DNA of 64,000 nt. Origin: Candidatus Tayloriibacteriota bacterium. Its GTDB lineage: Bacteria; Patescibacteriota; Minisyncoccia; Phycocordibacterales; PALSA-1337. The stretch is taken from contig CALRAJ010000001.1 of assembly GCA_943350765.1 (NCBI GenBank), forward strand, positions 16,873-80,872, in the 5' to 3' direction. The stretch's first letter is position 1; each line of letters opens with the position of its first letter. Position numbers and translations under genes: made by a program. Below the pieces are notes generated by a model. The model saw nothing but the letters and a program-made list of their open reading frames with translations, had not been told where the DNA came from and ran no database searches. Below are positions 10,156 through 21,061 of this stretch, piece after piece.

Positions 10156-11418
10156 ATGCGACAATCATTTCTCTTTACTAAGACTAGAAAAGAAGCACCA
10201 AAGGATGAGGTATCACAGAATGCCAAGCTCCTAATCCGTGCCGGGTTTATTCACAAGGAACTCGCTGGGGTGTATTCGTATTTACCTCTAGGTTTGCGGG
10301 TGCTAGAAAAAGTCGTGGGAGTTATCCGCGAGGAGATGAATACTATCGGTGGTCAGGAGGTGACGCTGACCGCACTTCAAGATAAAAAAGTTTGGGAGAC
10401 TACTGGTCGTTGGGACGACACAGTGCTGGATGTCTGGTTTAAAACAAAACTCAAAAATGACACTGAGCTAGGTCTCGGTACGACACACGAGGAACAGCTG
10501 ACAGCACTAATGAAAGATTATATTGCATCATATCGAGATTTACCTAGGTATGTATATCAGTTTCAGACCAAGTTTCGCAATGAGACACGAGCAAAGTCTG
10601 GTATTATGCGTGGGCGAGAGTTTTTGATGAAAGACCTGTACTCTTTTTCAGCAGACCAGAAGTCGCACGATGATTTTTATGAAAAAACAAAGCAGGCGTA
10701 CTCACGAATTTTTGCCCGACTCGGTCTCGGAGATCGTACCTATGTTACATTTGCTTCTGGTGGATCTTTTTCAAAATACTCGCACGAGTTTCAGACTGTT
10801 ACCGATGCTGGTGAGGATAGTATTTTTGTAGACGAAAATAGCAAGGTCGCAATAAATAAAGAGGTTTTTACAGATGAGACACTGAAAAGTCTTGGTTTGA
10901 GCAAGGAAGGGTTTGTTGAGAAAAAATCCGTAGAAGTTGGAAATATCTTTAGTCTCGGCACTAGATTTTCTGATGCATTCGGACTCAATTTTATTGCTTC
11001 AGACGGGACTAAGAAGCCAGTGATCATGGGAAGCTACGGTATTGGTCCAGGACGACTTATGGGTACTATCGTAGAACTGCTTTCTGATGAAAAAGGAATT
11101 ATCTGGCCTCTGGTGGTGGCTCCATTTAAACTCCACTTAGTTGCTCTTTTTGATAAAGAAGATAAGGTAAGGGTGTATGCGGATGCTCTGTATCAAAGGC
11201 TCACTGAGCAGGGTATGGAAGTACTCTATGATGATCGAGACCAAAGAGCTGGGGAGAAATTTGCTGATGCCGATCTCATCGGTATTCCATATCGAGTGAT
11301 AGTCAGCGACAAAACCATAGGTGAAAATGTTTTGGAATTCAAAAATCGAAAGACAGGAGAGACAACAAAAATCTCAGAAACAGAATTACAGAAAATGATG
11401 GCAAAAAAGACAGAATAA
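10156..11418 (+). CDS. proS: Proline--tRNA ligase, short form without editing domain
   Basis: LLIRAGFI, THEE, QFQTKFRNETR, MRGREFLMKDLYSF, EVGNIF, MGSYGIG; anticodon-binding C-terminus. Confidence 0.96.
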   Translation: MRQSFLFTKTRKEAPKDEVSQNAKLLIRAGFIHKELAGVYSYLPLGLRVLEKVVGVIREEMNTIGGQEVTLTALQDKKVWETTGRWDDTVLDVWFKTKLKNDTELGLGTTHEEQLTALMKDYIASYRDLPRYVYQFQTKFRNETRAKSGIMRGREFLMKDLYSFSADQKSHDDFYEKTKQAYSRIFARLGLGDRTYVTFASGGSFSKYSHEFQTVTDAGEDSIFVDENSKVAINKEVFTDETLKSLGLSKEGFVEKKSVEVGNIFSLGTRFSDAFGLNFIASDGTKKPVIMGSYGIGPGRLMGTIVELLSDEKGIIWPLVVAPFKLHLVALFDKEDKVRVYADALYQRLTEQGMEVLYDDRDQRAGEKFADADLIGIPYRVIVSDKTIGENVLEFKNRKTGETTKISETELQKMMAKKTE

Positions 11419-11423
11419 ATACT

Positions 11424-12488
11424 ATGGCTACTCCACTAAAAGAAAAAATCTACAGAATGTTTTCAAACGACATAGGTATCGATCTCGGTACAGCCAACAC
11501 ACTGGTCTATTTGCGTGGAAAGGGGATTGTGATCAATGAGCCATCAGTGGTGGCGGTCAATCAAAAAACAGGGCAAGTAGTGGCTGTAGGTTCCAGTGCA
11601 AAAGATATGTTGGGAAGAACACCAGCACATATCGTAGCTGTACGACCACTGGTAGATGGGGTCATTTCCGATTTTGAGGTTACAGAGGAAATGATTGCTT
11701 ATCTGGTAAAAAAGGCTGAAGCACATTCAAAAAAGTTTCTTGGTCCTCGGGTGGTAGTGGGAGTGCCTTCGGGGATTACTAATGTTGAGATTCGTGCTGT
11801 CCGTGATGCTACTCGCAATGCTGGTGCAAGAGAGGTGTATATAGTAGAGGAGCCTATGGCAGGAGCTATAGGTATCAGACTACCAGTAAATGATCCAGTG
11901 GGAAGTATGGTGGTGGATATTGGTGGAGGCACTACAGATGTAGCGGTGATTTCACTGGGTGGAATCGTGCGTTCCAAAAATCTTAAAATTGCAGGTGATA
12001 AGCTCAATAATGATATCATTTCGTACATTAGAAGTGAGTTCAAGATATTGATTGGTGAGAAAACTGCGGAGGCAGTAAAAATCGCTATCGGTTCTGTTTT
12101 GCCAGGACCGGAGCCACTCGAGACCTCTATTCGTGGAAGGGATTTGATCACAGGGCTACCTCGAGAAGTGGTGATTACCGACTCTGATATCCGCGAGGCA
12201 ATGGCGCAGTCTATAGATAATCTTGTAGAATCTGTCAAAGAAGTCCTCGAAACCACCCCTCCAGAAATCATAGCGGATATAATGAAAAATGGAGTGTATC
12301 TGGTAGGTGGCGGAGCTCTCATAAAGGGATTGGATAGACTACTCCATGAAGTATTAAAAATGCCTGTGCATGTGGCGGAAGACCCTTTGACTGCTATTGC
12401 TCGTGGCACAGGTATTATTTTAGAAGATTTGGAAAAGTATCAAGAGGCTCTCATTCAAAACGAAGATGAATTACCTCATAAAAAATAA
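11424..12488 (+). CDS. mreB: Rod shape-determining protein MreB
   Basis: IGIDLGTANTLV, EPSVVA, DIGGGTTD, GGGALI. Confidence 0.97.
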   Translation: MATPLKEKIYRMFSNDIGIDLGTANTLVYLRGKGIVINEPSVVAVNQKTGQVVAVGSSAKDMLGRTPAHIVAVRPLVDGVISDFEVTEEMIAYLVKKAEAHSKKFLGPRVVVGVPSGITNVEIRAVRDATRNAGAREVYIVEEPMAGAIGIRLPVNDPVGSMVVDIGGGTTDVAVISLGGIVRSKNLKIAGDKLNNDIISYIRSEFKILIGEKTAEAVKIAIGSVLPGPEPLETSIRGRDLITGLPREVVITDSDIREAMAQSIDNLVESVKEVLETTPPEIIADIMKNGVYLVGGGALIKGLDRLLHEVLKMPVHVAEDPLTAIARGTGIILEDLEKYQEALIQNEDELPHKK

Positions 12489-13263
12489 TGTAAGAGGTGA
12501 AAAGGGTAAAAAAAGAACTCGTCTAATTGTCGGTTTATTTGTCATTATAAGTATTTTTCTATCATCACTATTTTCAGGACTTTTCTCAATGATTGGTGGC
12601 TTGATATGGAATGGTGAAAATGCTATTTCACATTCAATACAAAATACTTTTAACTTATTTAAGTCAAAAGATAGTTTACTCACAGAAAATAAAGAGTTAA
12701 ATGATAAAATACAAAGTATGACCTTTGATACATTGGCGATGGATATTTTAAGGGAGGAAAATAAGCAATTGAAGGAGGTTTTGGGTCGGAATGAAAATAA
12801 AAACTCAATACTCGCAAGTGTTTTACGGACACCACCTTTTTCTCCTTACGATACTTTTATTATTGATGTAGGTAAGGATAAAGATATTCAGATCGGAGAT
12901 TATATCTTGATCGGAGAGCATATTCTTTTGGGTGAGATAGTGGAGGTTAATCAGAGATCATCAAAAGCAAAGCTTTTTTCATCATCAGGTACGGTAACGA
13001 GGGTTTTAATAGGAAGCAAATCTATAGCTGTTGAGGCTATTGGTCGTGGAGCTGGCAATTTTGAAGTAGCACTTCCAAGAGAGGTCGGCATCAAGGTGGG
13101 GGATAAGATTATTATTCCAAACATAAGCTCTGTCGTACTCGGTGTAGTAGAACAAATCGATGAGGATCATACCAAAACCATCCAAAGGGTACTTTTTGCT
13201 AGTCCAGCAAATATCCAGTCCGTAAGATGGGTTACTGTAGTTAGTCCAGCTAGTGTAATATAG
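12466..13263 (+). CDS. mreC: Rod shape-determining protein MreC
   Basis: N-terminal TM, coiled coil 'LREENKQLKEVL', beta domain; follows mreB. Confidence 0.88.
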   Translation: MNYLIKNNVRGEKGKKRTRLIVGLFVIISIFLSSLFSGLFSMIGGLIWNGENAISHSIQNTFNLFKSKDSLLTENKELNDKIQSMTFDTLAMDILREENKQLKEVLGRNENKNSILASVLRTPPFSPYDTFIIDVGKDKDIQIGDYILIGEHILLGEIVEVNQRSSKAKLFSSSGTVTRVLIGSKSIAVEAIGRGAGNFEVALPREVGIKVGDKIIIPNISSVVLGVVEQIDEDHTKTIQRVLFASPANIQSVRWVTVVSPASVI

Positions 13264-13267
13264 ATAT

Positions 13268-13519
13268 ATGTTTAGATTTTTCCTTTCATTTATTGGTTTA
13301 TTAAGTATTTTTTTATTCCCATGGTGGGTTGCTGTTACTTTGGGGATTATTGGTGTTTTGTATTTTGCATCGTATGTAGAAATAGTTTTATTTGGTATTA
13401 TTATTGATGCGTTGTACGGATATGGAAGTAGTTTTAATCGTTTTAGTTTTACATTAGCGGCAATTTTGATTTTGATAGTCGCACCGATTATAAAAAATAG
13501 ACTACTCGTGAGATCATAG
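13268..13519 (+). CDS. Small membrane protein in the MreD position
   Basis: 83-aa hydrophobic ORF between mreC and mrdA; 'GIIIDALYG' resembles MreD. Confidence 0.6.
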   Translation: MFRFFLSFIGLLSIFLFPWWVAVTLGIIGVLYFASYVEIVLFGIIIDALYGYGSSFNRFSFTLAAILILIVAPIIKNRLLVRS

Positions 13520-13527
13520 AGATACAC

Positions 13528-15237
13528 ATGAACCGTAAAATTAAAAAATATTTTAATGGACTTAAGAGAAAAAAGTATACAGAGATAGACCCCGATGAGA
13601 TTTTTCTGGATTCTAGTAATCTGCCAGAGTTCGATACACATCAATTTGAGGGTCGTATTGAAAAGTCAATATCCAAGACCAGCCTTTTTTTTCTGGGTTT
13701 TTTCTTTTTAATTATTGGTTTTGTGTATGTTTCTAAGGTTTGGGTACTTCAGATAAAAAAAGGTGATGAGTATGCTTTGATGAGTGAGAAAAATCGTTTG
13801 CGTAGTACTTTGGTTTTTGCTGAAAGGGGTATTATTTATGATAGAAATAAAAAAGAGCTTGCATGGAATGTACCGGGAGAAGATGTAAACTTTTCAGTAA
13901 GAAAATATATTGATAAACCGGGTTTTGCACATGTGCTTGGGTATGTAAAATATCCATCAAAAGATATTTACGGGTTTTATTACAGACCAGATTTTGAGGG
14001 CTTTGATGGCATTGAAAAGTTCTATAACGATATTTTAAAGGGCACACATGGATCAAAAATTGTTGAAGTTAATGCTCTGGGAAAAGTTCAGTCAGAAAAT
14101 GTTATTTCTCCAACAAAAGAAGGTACGAGCATCACACTTTCGATCGATTCTGATGTGCAAAGTAAATTTTATGAAAAAATAAAAGAAGTAGCACATGACC
14201 TAGACTTTGTGGGTGGTGCGGGTGTAATTATGGACATAGAGTCAGGAGAGCTCATCGCCTCAGTGAGTTATCCAGAATATAATTCGCAAGTACTTACAGA
14301 TGGAAGTGATAGGAGCCTAATCAATAGTTATGTAAATAGTAAAAGTCGAATATTTCTAAACAGGGTATCAAGTGGCACATATACCCCAGGTTCTGTTGTA
14401 AAGACAGTGATGGCAATGGGCGTACTAAATGAGGGTGTTATTGATCCGAGTACCAAGATTTTGAGTACAGGTTCTATTTCTTTACCTAATCCATATGACC
14501 CAACAAAGTTTTCAACATTTAAAGATTGGAAAGCTCATGGCTGGGTAGATCTGCGGACGGCGATATCCGTGTCATCAAATGTGTATTTTTATGAGGTTGG
14601 TGGTGGATACAAGGAACAAAAAGGTATAGGTATCGCAAATATCGAAAAATACGCAAAACTTTTTGGATTAGGTGAAAAGACTGGGATCGACTTACCAGGT
14701 GAGGTTAGCAAACCAATTCCTAGTCCTGCATGGAAGGCGGTAAATTTTCCAAATGACCCATGGCGAGTTGGGGATACTTATAACACCGTGATTGGCCAGT
14801 ATGGTTTTCAGGTAACACCTATTCAGATGGCGAGGGCTGTTACCGCTATCGCTAATTATGGTAAAGTATTTCAGCCAAGTTTGCTTCTCGGTGATTCATT
14901 CAGTACTGCAAAAATCGTAAGAACATTAGATATTCCAAAAAAGTATTTTGATATTGTCCACGAAGGTATGCGTCAAACCGTGGTTTCTGGAAGTGCGCCT
15001 GGACTGAGGCTTGATAAGGTTGCAGTAGCCGCAAAGACAGGTACCGCTCAGGTGGGTGTGGGTAAGCAGTTTATCAATTCATGGGTAATAGGATTTTTCC
15101 CATACGACAAGCCAAAATATGCTTTCGCACTTTTAATGGAGGAGGGTGATCTCGCGGGTGGATCTGCGTCTGTGAGAGTTATGCGTCAGATGCTTGATTG
15201 GATGTCGGTATATACGCCACAGTATACTAGGGAGTAG
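13528..15237 (+). CDS. mrdA: Penicillin-binding protein 2 (class B transpeptidase)
   Basis: RGIIYDRN, SxxK (GSVVK), SxN (SSN), KTG (KTGTAQ). Confidence 0.93.
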   Translation: MNRKIKKYFNGLKRKKYTEIDPDEIFLDSSNLPEFDTHQFEGRIEKSISKTSLFFLGFFFLIIGFVYVSKVWVLQIKKGDEYALMSEKNRLRSTLVFAERGIIYDRNKKELAWNVPGEDVNFSVRKYIDKPGFAHVLGYVKYPSKDIYGFYYRPDFEGFDGIEKFYNDILKGTHGSKIVEVNALGKVQSENVISPTKEGTSITLSIDSDVQSKFYEKIKEVAHDLDFVGGAGVIMDIESGELIASVSYPEYNSQVLTDGSDRSLINSYVNSKSRIFLNRVSSGTYTPGSVVKTVMAMGVLNEGVIDPSTKILSTGSISLPNPYDPTKFSTFKDWKAHGWVDLRTAISVSSNVYFYEVGGGYKEQKGIGIANIEKYAKLFGLGEKTGIDLPGEVSKPIPSPAWKAVNFPNDPWRVGDTYNTVIGQYGFQVTPIQMARAVTAIANYGKVFQPSLLLGDSFSTAKIVRTLDIPKKYFDIVHEGMRQTVVSGSAPGLRLDKVAVAAKTGTAQVGVGKQFINSWVIGFFPYDKPKYAFALLMEEGDLAGGSASVRVMRQMLDWMSVYTPQYTRE

Positions 15238-15256
15238 GATGGTGGAGGAGAAAAAC

Positions 15257-15295
15257 AGCCTAAAGGCTCAACGGGCGCCGTTGAGCCTTTGGGCT
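15257..15295. repeat. GGCT/AGCC D-type hairpin
   Basis: agcctaaaggctcaacgggcgccgttgagcctttgggct. Confidence 0.85.
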
Positions 15296-15331
15296 ATTTG
15301 GGGCTTCTATACAGGCATATTTTGTGTATTT

Positions 15332-15545
15332 TACCACCAAATTACCAAATACCTTTCTAGGCATATCTTTTTGAAGCCTATCGGTTAGGGATAGGCATCT
15401 GTAGACGAAGCCCTTGTATTTTCTTGCTAGAAAATCTCTCAAGTCTCAGCTACCGTCTGGCGCCGTCTACAGGGACACATCATCTAAACGATGTGAAAGT
15501 CTTTCAAAAAGATACGCCTGCGACGGTATTTCGTAATTTGGGGTA
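15332..15545 (-). repeat. Family A structured element, copy A3
   Basis: taccaccaaattacc...gtaatttggggta; close to the reverse complement of A7. Confidence 0.92.
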
Positions 15546-15733
15546 CTATACTGAAGTAATCATTTTTTAGATTTTGTGAATTTTTAATTGAAAACCGCAC
15601 ACTGTTGGTGTGAGTTCGTGGCTTATCACTTGTGAGTCTAGGTAGTGTCGAGATGAATCGAAGATATACTTGGTCATCAGGTTCAGCTATCATTCTTCTA
15701 CAAACATAGTCCACTTTTTGCTATACTATCCCA

Positions 15734-18664
15734 ATGACCCCAAAGAATACCGAAGCTTTTGATACTGCATATAAAAAGCTCAATAAAAAGCAAAAGCTTG
15801 CCGTGGATACTATCGAGGGACCAGTGATGGTAATCGCTGGGCCTGGGACTGGTAAGACGACCATTCTAACTCTTCGTATTGCGAACATTCTTCGTCTCAC
15901 CGACACACCACCGTCTGGCATCCTTGCCATAACTTTTACTGATGCCGGTGTCAAAGCGATGCGAATGAAACTCCGCGAAATCATAGGTAGCCGAGCTGAT
16001 GAAGTGCATATCCATACCTTCCATGGTTTTGCTGTGAGCGTATTTGCGGAGTTTGCTGATCATGTTCCACACATTTCTCGTTGCAAGCAGATCACTGACA
16101 TCGAGGCTGAGGACATTATTCGGACTATTCTCAAAGATATTCAGTTCAAAAAGCTTCGCCCAAGCGGTGAGCCAGACTTTTATGTACGCTCTATTCTCGG
16201 TGCTATAAGTGAATCCAAAAGAGAGATATGGACACCAGAGAGGGTAAAAGAGAACGCGGTTTCTGAGATAGATTTTATAAAAAATGACGAGGCATCTATC
16301 TCTACTCGCGGCGCGACGAAAGGTCAGCTCAAAGCCGAGGCAAAAAGCCGTATCGAAAAGTATGAGAAGACCATTCTTTTTTCAGAAATATACGCAGAGT
16401 ATGAAAAACAGAAGCGGATACAGAAAAAGATTGATTTTGACGATCTTATCTTTGAGCTTGGACATGCCCTTCGCACCGATGAGCTTTTACTCAGACTATT
16501 GCAGGAAAAGTTTCTATATTTAATGGTAGACGAGCATCAGGATACTAATGACGCTCAAAACCTCCTCGTAGAGACCATCGCTACTTTTTTTGAAGAGCCA
16601 AATCTTTTTGTTGTGGGAGATGAAAAGCAGGCTATTTACCGCTTTCAGGGTGCTTCAGTCAAAAACTTTTTAAATTTTGAAAGTATCTGGAAATCTATGC
16701 GGGTGATCTCACTCGAGGACAACTATCGCTCCCATCAGCATATTTTGGATGCCAGCTTTTCACTGATAGAAAATAATTATAATGGTGATGAACATCAAAA
16801 ACTCAGAATAAAGCTTCGGACAGGAAATAGCGATACAGCCCGACCCATCGAGCTAGTATTGGCTGGCAACACTGCTTCAGCTGACAAAATTTTGATAGAT
16901 CGGCTCAAGGCGAGAGTGGCGATAGGGCAGACGACTGCGGTGATCGTGCGTCGTAACCGTGATCTGGAGCGAGTAGCCACTCTTTGCGATGCCCATGGTA
17001 TCCCAGCAGTTTCAGAACGAGGAGTAAATATATTCGAACACCCGATCGGCTCATTATTTTTCGATCTACTTGCATTTTTAGCTGATCCATCAAATCTCGA
17101 GGCTCTGGCAATAACCTTTGCTGGTGGTCTTTGGGGTGTACCTCTACCTACCTCATCAAAATATATTAGATTGATGCGAAGTGGTTCAATAGAGGAGGTG
17201 GTAAAGGCCGTGCCTGCTATTACCGAGCTTGTCAGCGAGCTTACCGAGCGTGGCTCGCTTAGCTATCTAATCTTTGTCGCTGAAAAATCTGGCTTGCTCC
17301 CACTCGCCCTAAAAAGTCCACTTTCAGCCGAGGTGTGGCGTGGTATAGTGGCCTTGGCGACCGAGCTATCCTCACGCAACCTTGCAGACGATCCAAGGGC
17401 TTTGATACAGGCATTGTTAGCTTATAAGGTGGCAGCTGAGTCTAGGAGTGTTAAGGTGCTTTCTGGTAGTCCAGATGCAGACATAAGAATAATGACTGCT
17501 CACGGCTCAAAAGGTCTCGAATATGATGAGGTAATCATTCCTTTTGCTGTCGAGGAGGCATGGCTTCCCAGACCTCGTTCCTCGTCATTTATTCTACCTA
17601 GACAAAAGACCGAGGGCGATGAGGTTTTAGATGGTCGCCGACTTTTCTATGTGGCAATGACTAGGGCTAGAAAACATGTTACGATCATCACTCCGCTCGA
17701 GGATTCTACAGGAAAAATATTTACACCACTTAGATTTCTATCTGAGATTGCAGAAAGTTCTGTTTTGAAAGTCGAGGTACCGAGCATACCAGACGACGCT
17801 CGAATCCTCGCAAATACTCGCGGTGAAAATAGACGAGGCGAAGCTCTGGTTTCTTATACCAAGTCTATTTTACTTGAAAAAGGCTTGTCTGTTACTGCAC
17901 TCAATCATTTTCTAAAATGCCCGCAAGAATTTCTATATAAAAGTATTTTAAAAGTACCAGAAGCACCCTCTGTAAGTTCGGAAAAAGGAAATGCTATGCA
18001 TGAAGCTATTAGGGGAGTATGGCATTTGAAGGATAAAAGTGAAACAGCTATCACAGAGGAGCTAGTATCTTCGGTAAAAAGCTATTTCGAAAAGTCACTT
18101 TTACCATCATTTGAAAAAGAGTCACTTTTACCAGAATTCCTTGAAACACTACCTCTGGTGGCTCATGCCCTCATAAACCATTTTGTTTTGGAGGGGGAGG
18201 TCGCAAGCGAGTCGTGGGCGGAGACTATTTTTGAAAGTAAATATGATTTGTTGTCGGTAAGTCTGCCTCTACACGGCAAGCTGGATACAATAGTTTTGCA
18301 AGGTGATCGTGTGCTGGTATTTGATTATAAAACCAAAGAAGCTATGACCACAGCTTCTATAAAAGGGGAGACGAAAAGTTCTGACGGAGGATATTTTAGA
18401 CAGTTGGTATTTTATAAAATCCTGCTTTTGTCGCAGGCAAAATATGCTGGAAAATCTATTATACCAATACTAGTTTTTGTAAAGCCAGATAGCAAGGGAC
18501 GGTGTGCAGAGGTAACACTTCCGATTACCGAAGATGATGTAGTAGAAGTCAAAAAGGAGATCGCTTCACTGGTCCATGCCGTGTGGTCAGGTAAGATTAT
18601 TTCTATGACTTGTGATGATGATATTTGTGGCTTCTGTAAGATGTCTCGGGTGGTAAGGGGGTAA
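15734..18664 (+). CDS. UvrD/REP-family helicase fused to a PD-(D/E)XK nuclease (AdnAB/AddA-like)
   Basis: AGPGTGKT, VDEHQD, VGDEKQAIYRFQGA, FYVAMTRA; C-terminal GKLD..DYKT and Cys cluster (LKCP...CDDDICGFC). Confidence 0.92.
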   Translation: MTPKNTEAFDTAYKKLNKKQKLAVDTIEGPVMVIAGPGTGKTTILTLRIANILRLTDTPPSGILAITFTDAGVKAMRMKLREIIGSRADEVHIHTFHGFAVSVFAEFADHVPHISRCKQITDIEAEDIIRTILKDIQFKKLRPSGEPDFYVRSILGAISESKREIWTPERVKENAVSEIDFIKNDEASISTRGATKGQLKAEAKSRIEKYEKTILFSEIYAEYEKQKRIQKKIDFDDLIFELGHALRTDELLLRLLQEKFLYLMVDEHQDTNDAQNLLVETIATFFEEPNLFVVGDEKQAIYRFQGASVKNFLNFESIWKSMRVISLEDNYRSHQHILDASFSLIENNYNGDEHQKLRIKLRTGNSDTARPIELVLAGNTASADKILIDRLKARVAIGQTTAVIVRRNRDLERVATLCDAHGIPAVSERGVNIFEHPIGSLFFDLLAFLADPSNLEALAITFAGGLWGVPLPTSSKYIRLMRSGSIEEVVKAVPAITELVSELTERGSLSYLIFVAEKSGLLPLALKSPLSAEVWRGIVALATELSSRNLADDPRALIQALLAYKVAAESRSVKVLSGSPDADIRIMTAHGSKGLEYDEVIIPFAVEEAWLPRPRSSSFILPRQKTEGDEVLDGRRLFYVAMTRARKHVTIITPLEDSTGKIFTPLRFLSEIAESSVLKVEVPSIPDDARILANTRGENRRGEALVSYTKSILLEKGLSVTALNHFLKCPQEFLYKSILKVPEAPSVSSEKGNAMHEAIRGVWHLKDKSETAITEELVSSVKSYFEKSLLPSFEKESLLPEFLETLPLVAHALINHFVLEGEVASESWAETIFESKYDLLSVSLPLHGKLDTIVLQGDRVLVFDYKTKEAMTTASIKGETKSSDGGYFRQLVFYKILLLSQAKYAGKSIIPILVFVKPDSKGRCAEVTLPITEDDVVEVKKEIASLVHAVWSGKIISMTCDDDICGFCKMSRVVRG

Positions 18665-18686
18665 AACATTCTTTCGTATTTGTTAA

Positions 18687-18945
18687 ATAAAGTTTAGCCT
18701 CGTCCTATCCCCGTAGCAAGCTATTCCCTCGGATTACCTCGGCGGGGTATTAGGCGAGGCATCCGCTTAGCGAGCAGTAGTCGTATGACTACATCAGGGT
18801 AAACTTTGTTGTAGTCATACGACTACTGCTCGCTCAATTGGAATTGAGCGGATGTAGAAGTGTCGGCTCCGCCGACCCCATCCTCATTCTTGCGGATTCA
18901 TCCCCGCGGCAAGCCGTCGGGGTATTCTCCACAATTGCAATAAAA
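18687..18945 (+). mobile_element. Family G non-autonomous palindromic element, copy G1
   Basis: Near-identical reverse-complement copy at 45586-45812; two ccccgYRgcaagcYR..cggggtatt hairpin units near the ends; no ORF. Confidence 0.75.
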
Positions 18946-19000
18946 AGCTCACAAACCAAGCGTTGTGTGTGCAGGATTTGACCATGATGTTTTTTAGGTC

Positions 19001-19146
19001 GATGGCTCACTGGTAATGATAAAAAAGCAGTGAGCCATCATAATTTTTTAATCAAAAATCGTTCACAAGAAGTCGTTTATGGTAAAAAGTCTAAATGGCT
19101 ATGTAGAGCCGTACTCAAAGGCTAAACACTAGTGTTTAGCCGTTTA
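19001..19146. repeat. Palindrome cluster (D-C-B)
   Basis: D 19001-19039; ggct-atgtag-agcc-gtactcaaa-ggct-aaacactagtgttt-agcc 19097-19141. Confidence 0.88.
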
Positions 19147-19181
19147 ATAGGGTATAGTCCAACCACTTTTATGACGGGTAC

Positions 19182-19934
19182 CTATTTCAGCTCAGATATT
19201 ATTGTATCCAAAATTGTCTTCATGTTTTCGTACGGGTACGCACCATTTAGTGGAATTGTAATTCCATCTTTTGTGATTATAAACACATAAGGCGTTCCCT
19301 TTACACCAGCTTTGACACCATCATCTAGATGTGACTGGATTTTATTTTTAAAAATTCCTGAAGCGAGGCAGGTATCAAATGAATTCCTGTCCACACCCAC
19401 CTCTACAGCTGTTTTTGCAAGTAAGCTTTCTTCAAGTGTATTGTTACCCTTTGTAATTTCAAAGATACGGTGTACAAATTTCCAGAACTTTTCCTCGCCA
19501 CCTAGCTTTGCTACACACTCTGACGCCTCGGCTTCTTTGCGAGCTTTTGGGTGAATTTGATCAAGCGGAAAGTGTCTATATACCCATGCAACTTTACCAT
19601 CTTTACCGTATTCATCTATAATGCGACGCATTATGGGGTGAAAGTATTGACAGGCAGGGCATTCGAGATCAGAAAACTCAACAATCTTGACTGGCGCATT
19701 GGGACTACCGAGAATATGATCGGCACTCGTTATGGGAATAATATTTACATTTGCCGAAGCGGGTAATGTATTTTCTACATTTGAAATCGGAACTGAAACT
19801 GGCTTCTTGCTATAATACAAAGCTCCTGCAATGAGAAGACCCGCAATAATAATAGCCATAGGTACGGTGAGAATGTTCTCTTTTGGATTTTCTGGATTAC
19901 TTTTGACAATGACTGGTTCTGGGTTATTTTCCAT
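19182..19934 (-). CDS. DsbA-family thiol-disulfide oxidoreductase
   Basis: TM anchor, EFSDLECPAC, YRHFPL, GVKGTP. Confidence 0.92.
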   Translation of the reverse strand: MENNPEPVIVKSNPENPKENILTVPMAIIIAGLLIAGALYYSKKPVSVPISNVENTLPASANVNIIPITSADHILGSPNAPVKIVEFSDLECPACQYFHPIMRRIIDEYGKDGKVAWVYRHFPLDQIHPKARKEAEASECVAKLGGEEKFWKFVHRIFEITKGNNTLEESLLAKTAVEVGVDRNSFDTCLASGIFKNKIQSHLDDGVKAGVKGTPYVFIITKDGITIPLNGAYPYENMKTILDTIISELK

Positions 19935-20048
19935 GTTGATTTTTTATTTAAATATATTTGTCTGATTATAGCATGTTCTTTGAGTTTTTGTCTTGTGTAT
20001 AAAAAAGACAACCTTTGATTTACTTGGCTTTTGTGCTATAATACATAA

Positions 20049-20768
20049 ATGATTATATTCATCGCTATTACCACAGTCGTTTTTACTCTTTTTGGGGGTC
20101 TGTTTGCAATCAAATATCAGGACAAGTTGCACCTTATTTTGGGCTTTAGTGCAGGGGCGGTGATTGGGGTGGCATTTTTTGACCTATTACCCGAGGCTAT
20201 AGAGCTTTCTGGGACGACACTGAGTATTTCAGAAGTTACTAGCGTAGTGGCTCTGGGTTTTATTTTATATATGCTTTTAGATCGTTTTGCTTGTGGTCAT
20301 GGGCATGATGCAGAAGATCATTGCGAAAATGAAAATCATCGTGGGCAGATTGGAGCGGGGAGTCTGTCGGTGCATAGTTTTCTAGATGGTATGGCAGTCG
20401 GACTGGCATTTCAGGTTTCAACAGAAGTGGGTACTGTGGTAACGATTGCGGTTTTAGCACATAAGTTTTTTGATGGACTGAACACTGTTAGTTTGATTTT
20501 GAAAAATGGTGGCACTCAAAAAGTGGCGTTTAAATGGTTGGTAATCGGTGCTATTGCTCCAGTATTAGGTATTATTTCTACCAGACTTTTTTCCTTGCAG
20601 GAATCGTCACTAGGTATCATGCTCGCTTTGTTTTGTGGTTTCTTTTTGTATATTGGTGCTAGTGATTTACTTCCCGAAAGCCACCATAGACACCCTACAT
20701 ACTGGACTACATTTGCTACTGTGCTTGGGGTAGCCGTTTTATACGGATTGATTAGGGTGGTTGGGTAA
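20049..20768 (+). CDS. ZIP-family metal transporter
   Basis: LLPEA, His-rich loop, HSFLDG, AHKFFDG, DLLPESH. Confidence 0.92.
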   Translation: MIIFIAITTVVFTLFGGLFAIKYQDKLHLILGFSAGAVIGVAFFDLLPEAIELSGTTLSISEVTSVVALGFILYMLLDRFACGHGHDAEDHCENENHRGQIGAGSLSVHSFLDGMAVGLAFQVSTEVGTVVTIAVLAHKFFDGLNTVSLILKNGGTQKVAFKWLVIGAIAPVLGIISTRLFSLQESSLGIMLALFCGFFLYIGASDLLPESHHRHPTYWTTFATVLGVAVLYGLIRVVG

Positions 20769-20769
20769 A

Positions 20770-21014
20770 TACCCCAAATTACGAAATGCGTTGAAGGCGT
20801 ATCTTTTAAATGGACTTTCACATCAGTTAGATGATGTGTTCCTGTAGACGGCGCAAGGTGGGTAACCGAGACTTGAGAGATTTTCTAGCAAGAAAATACT
20901 CGTGTCCCGTCTACAGATGGTCTATTAGTTAGGAATAGACATCTGTGGACGATCTATCACTAACCGATAGACCTTTAAAAGATATGTCGAGAAAGTGTTT
21001 TGTAATTTGGGGTA
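20770..21014 (+). repeat. Family A structured element, full-length copy A4
   Basis: taccccaaattac...gtaatttggggta; nearly identical to A6. Confidence 0.95.
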
Positions 21015-21061
21015 AATTCTGCACAACCGCGTTAGTACAGACGGTGGTTTTTTATAAAATC

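Noticed and set aside
11699..13644. Long antisense ORFs (11699-12409, 13006-13644) and similar shadows elsewhere
   Set aside because: They lie opposite well-supported genes and have no motifs; treated as shadow frames.
15194..15714. Short ORFs overlapping family A and other repeats (also 3169-3516, 20516-20821, 24465-24818)
   Set aside because: Frames are not conserved between repeat copies; they are by-products of the repeat sequence.
18088..18133. Direct repeat agtcacttttacca inside the helicase-nuclease gene
   Set aside because: A single short in-frame duplication (SLLP twice) with no further copies seen.
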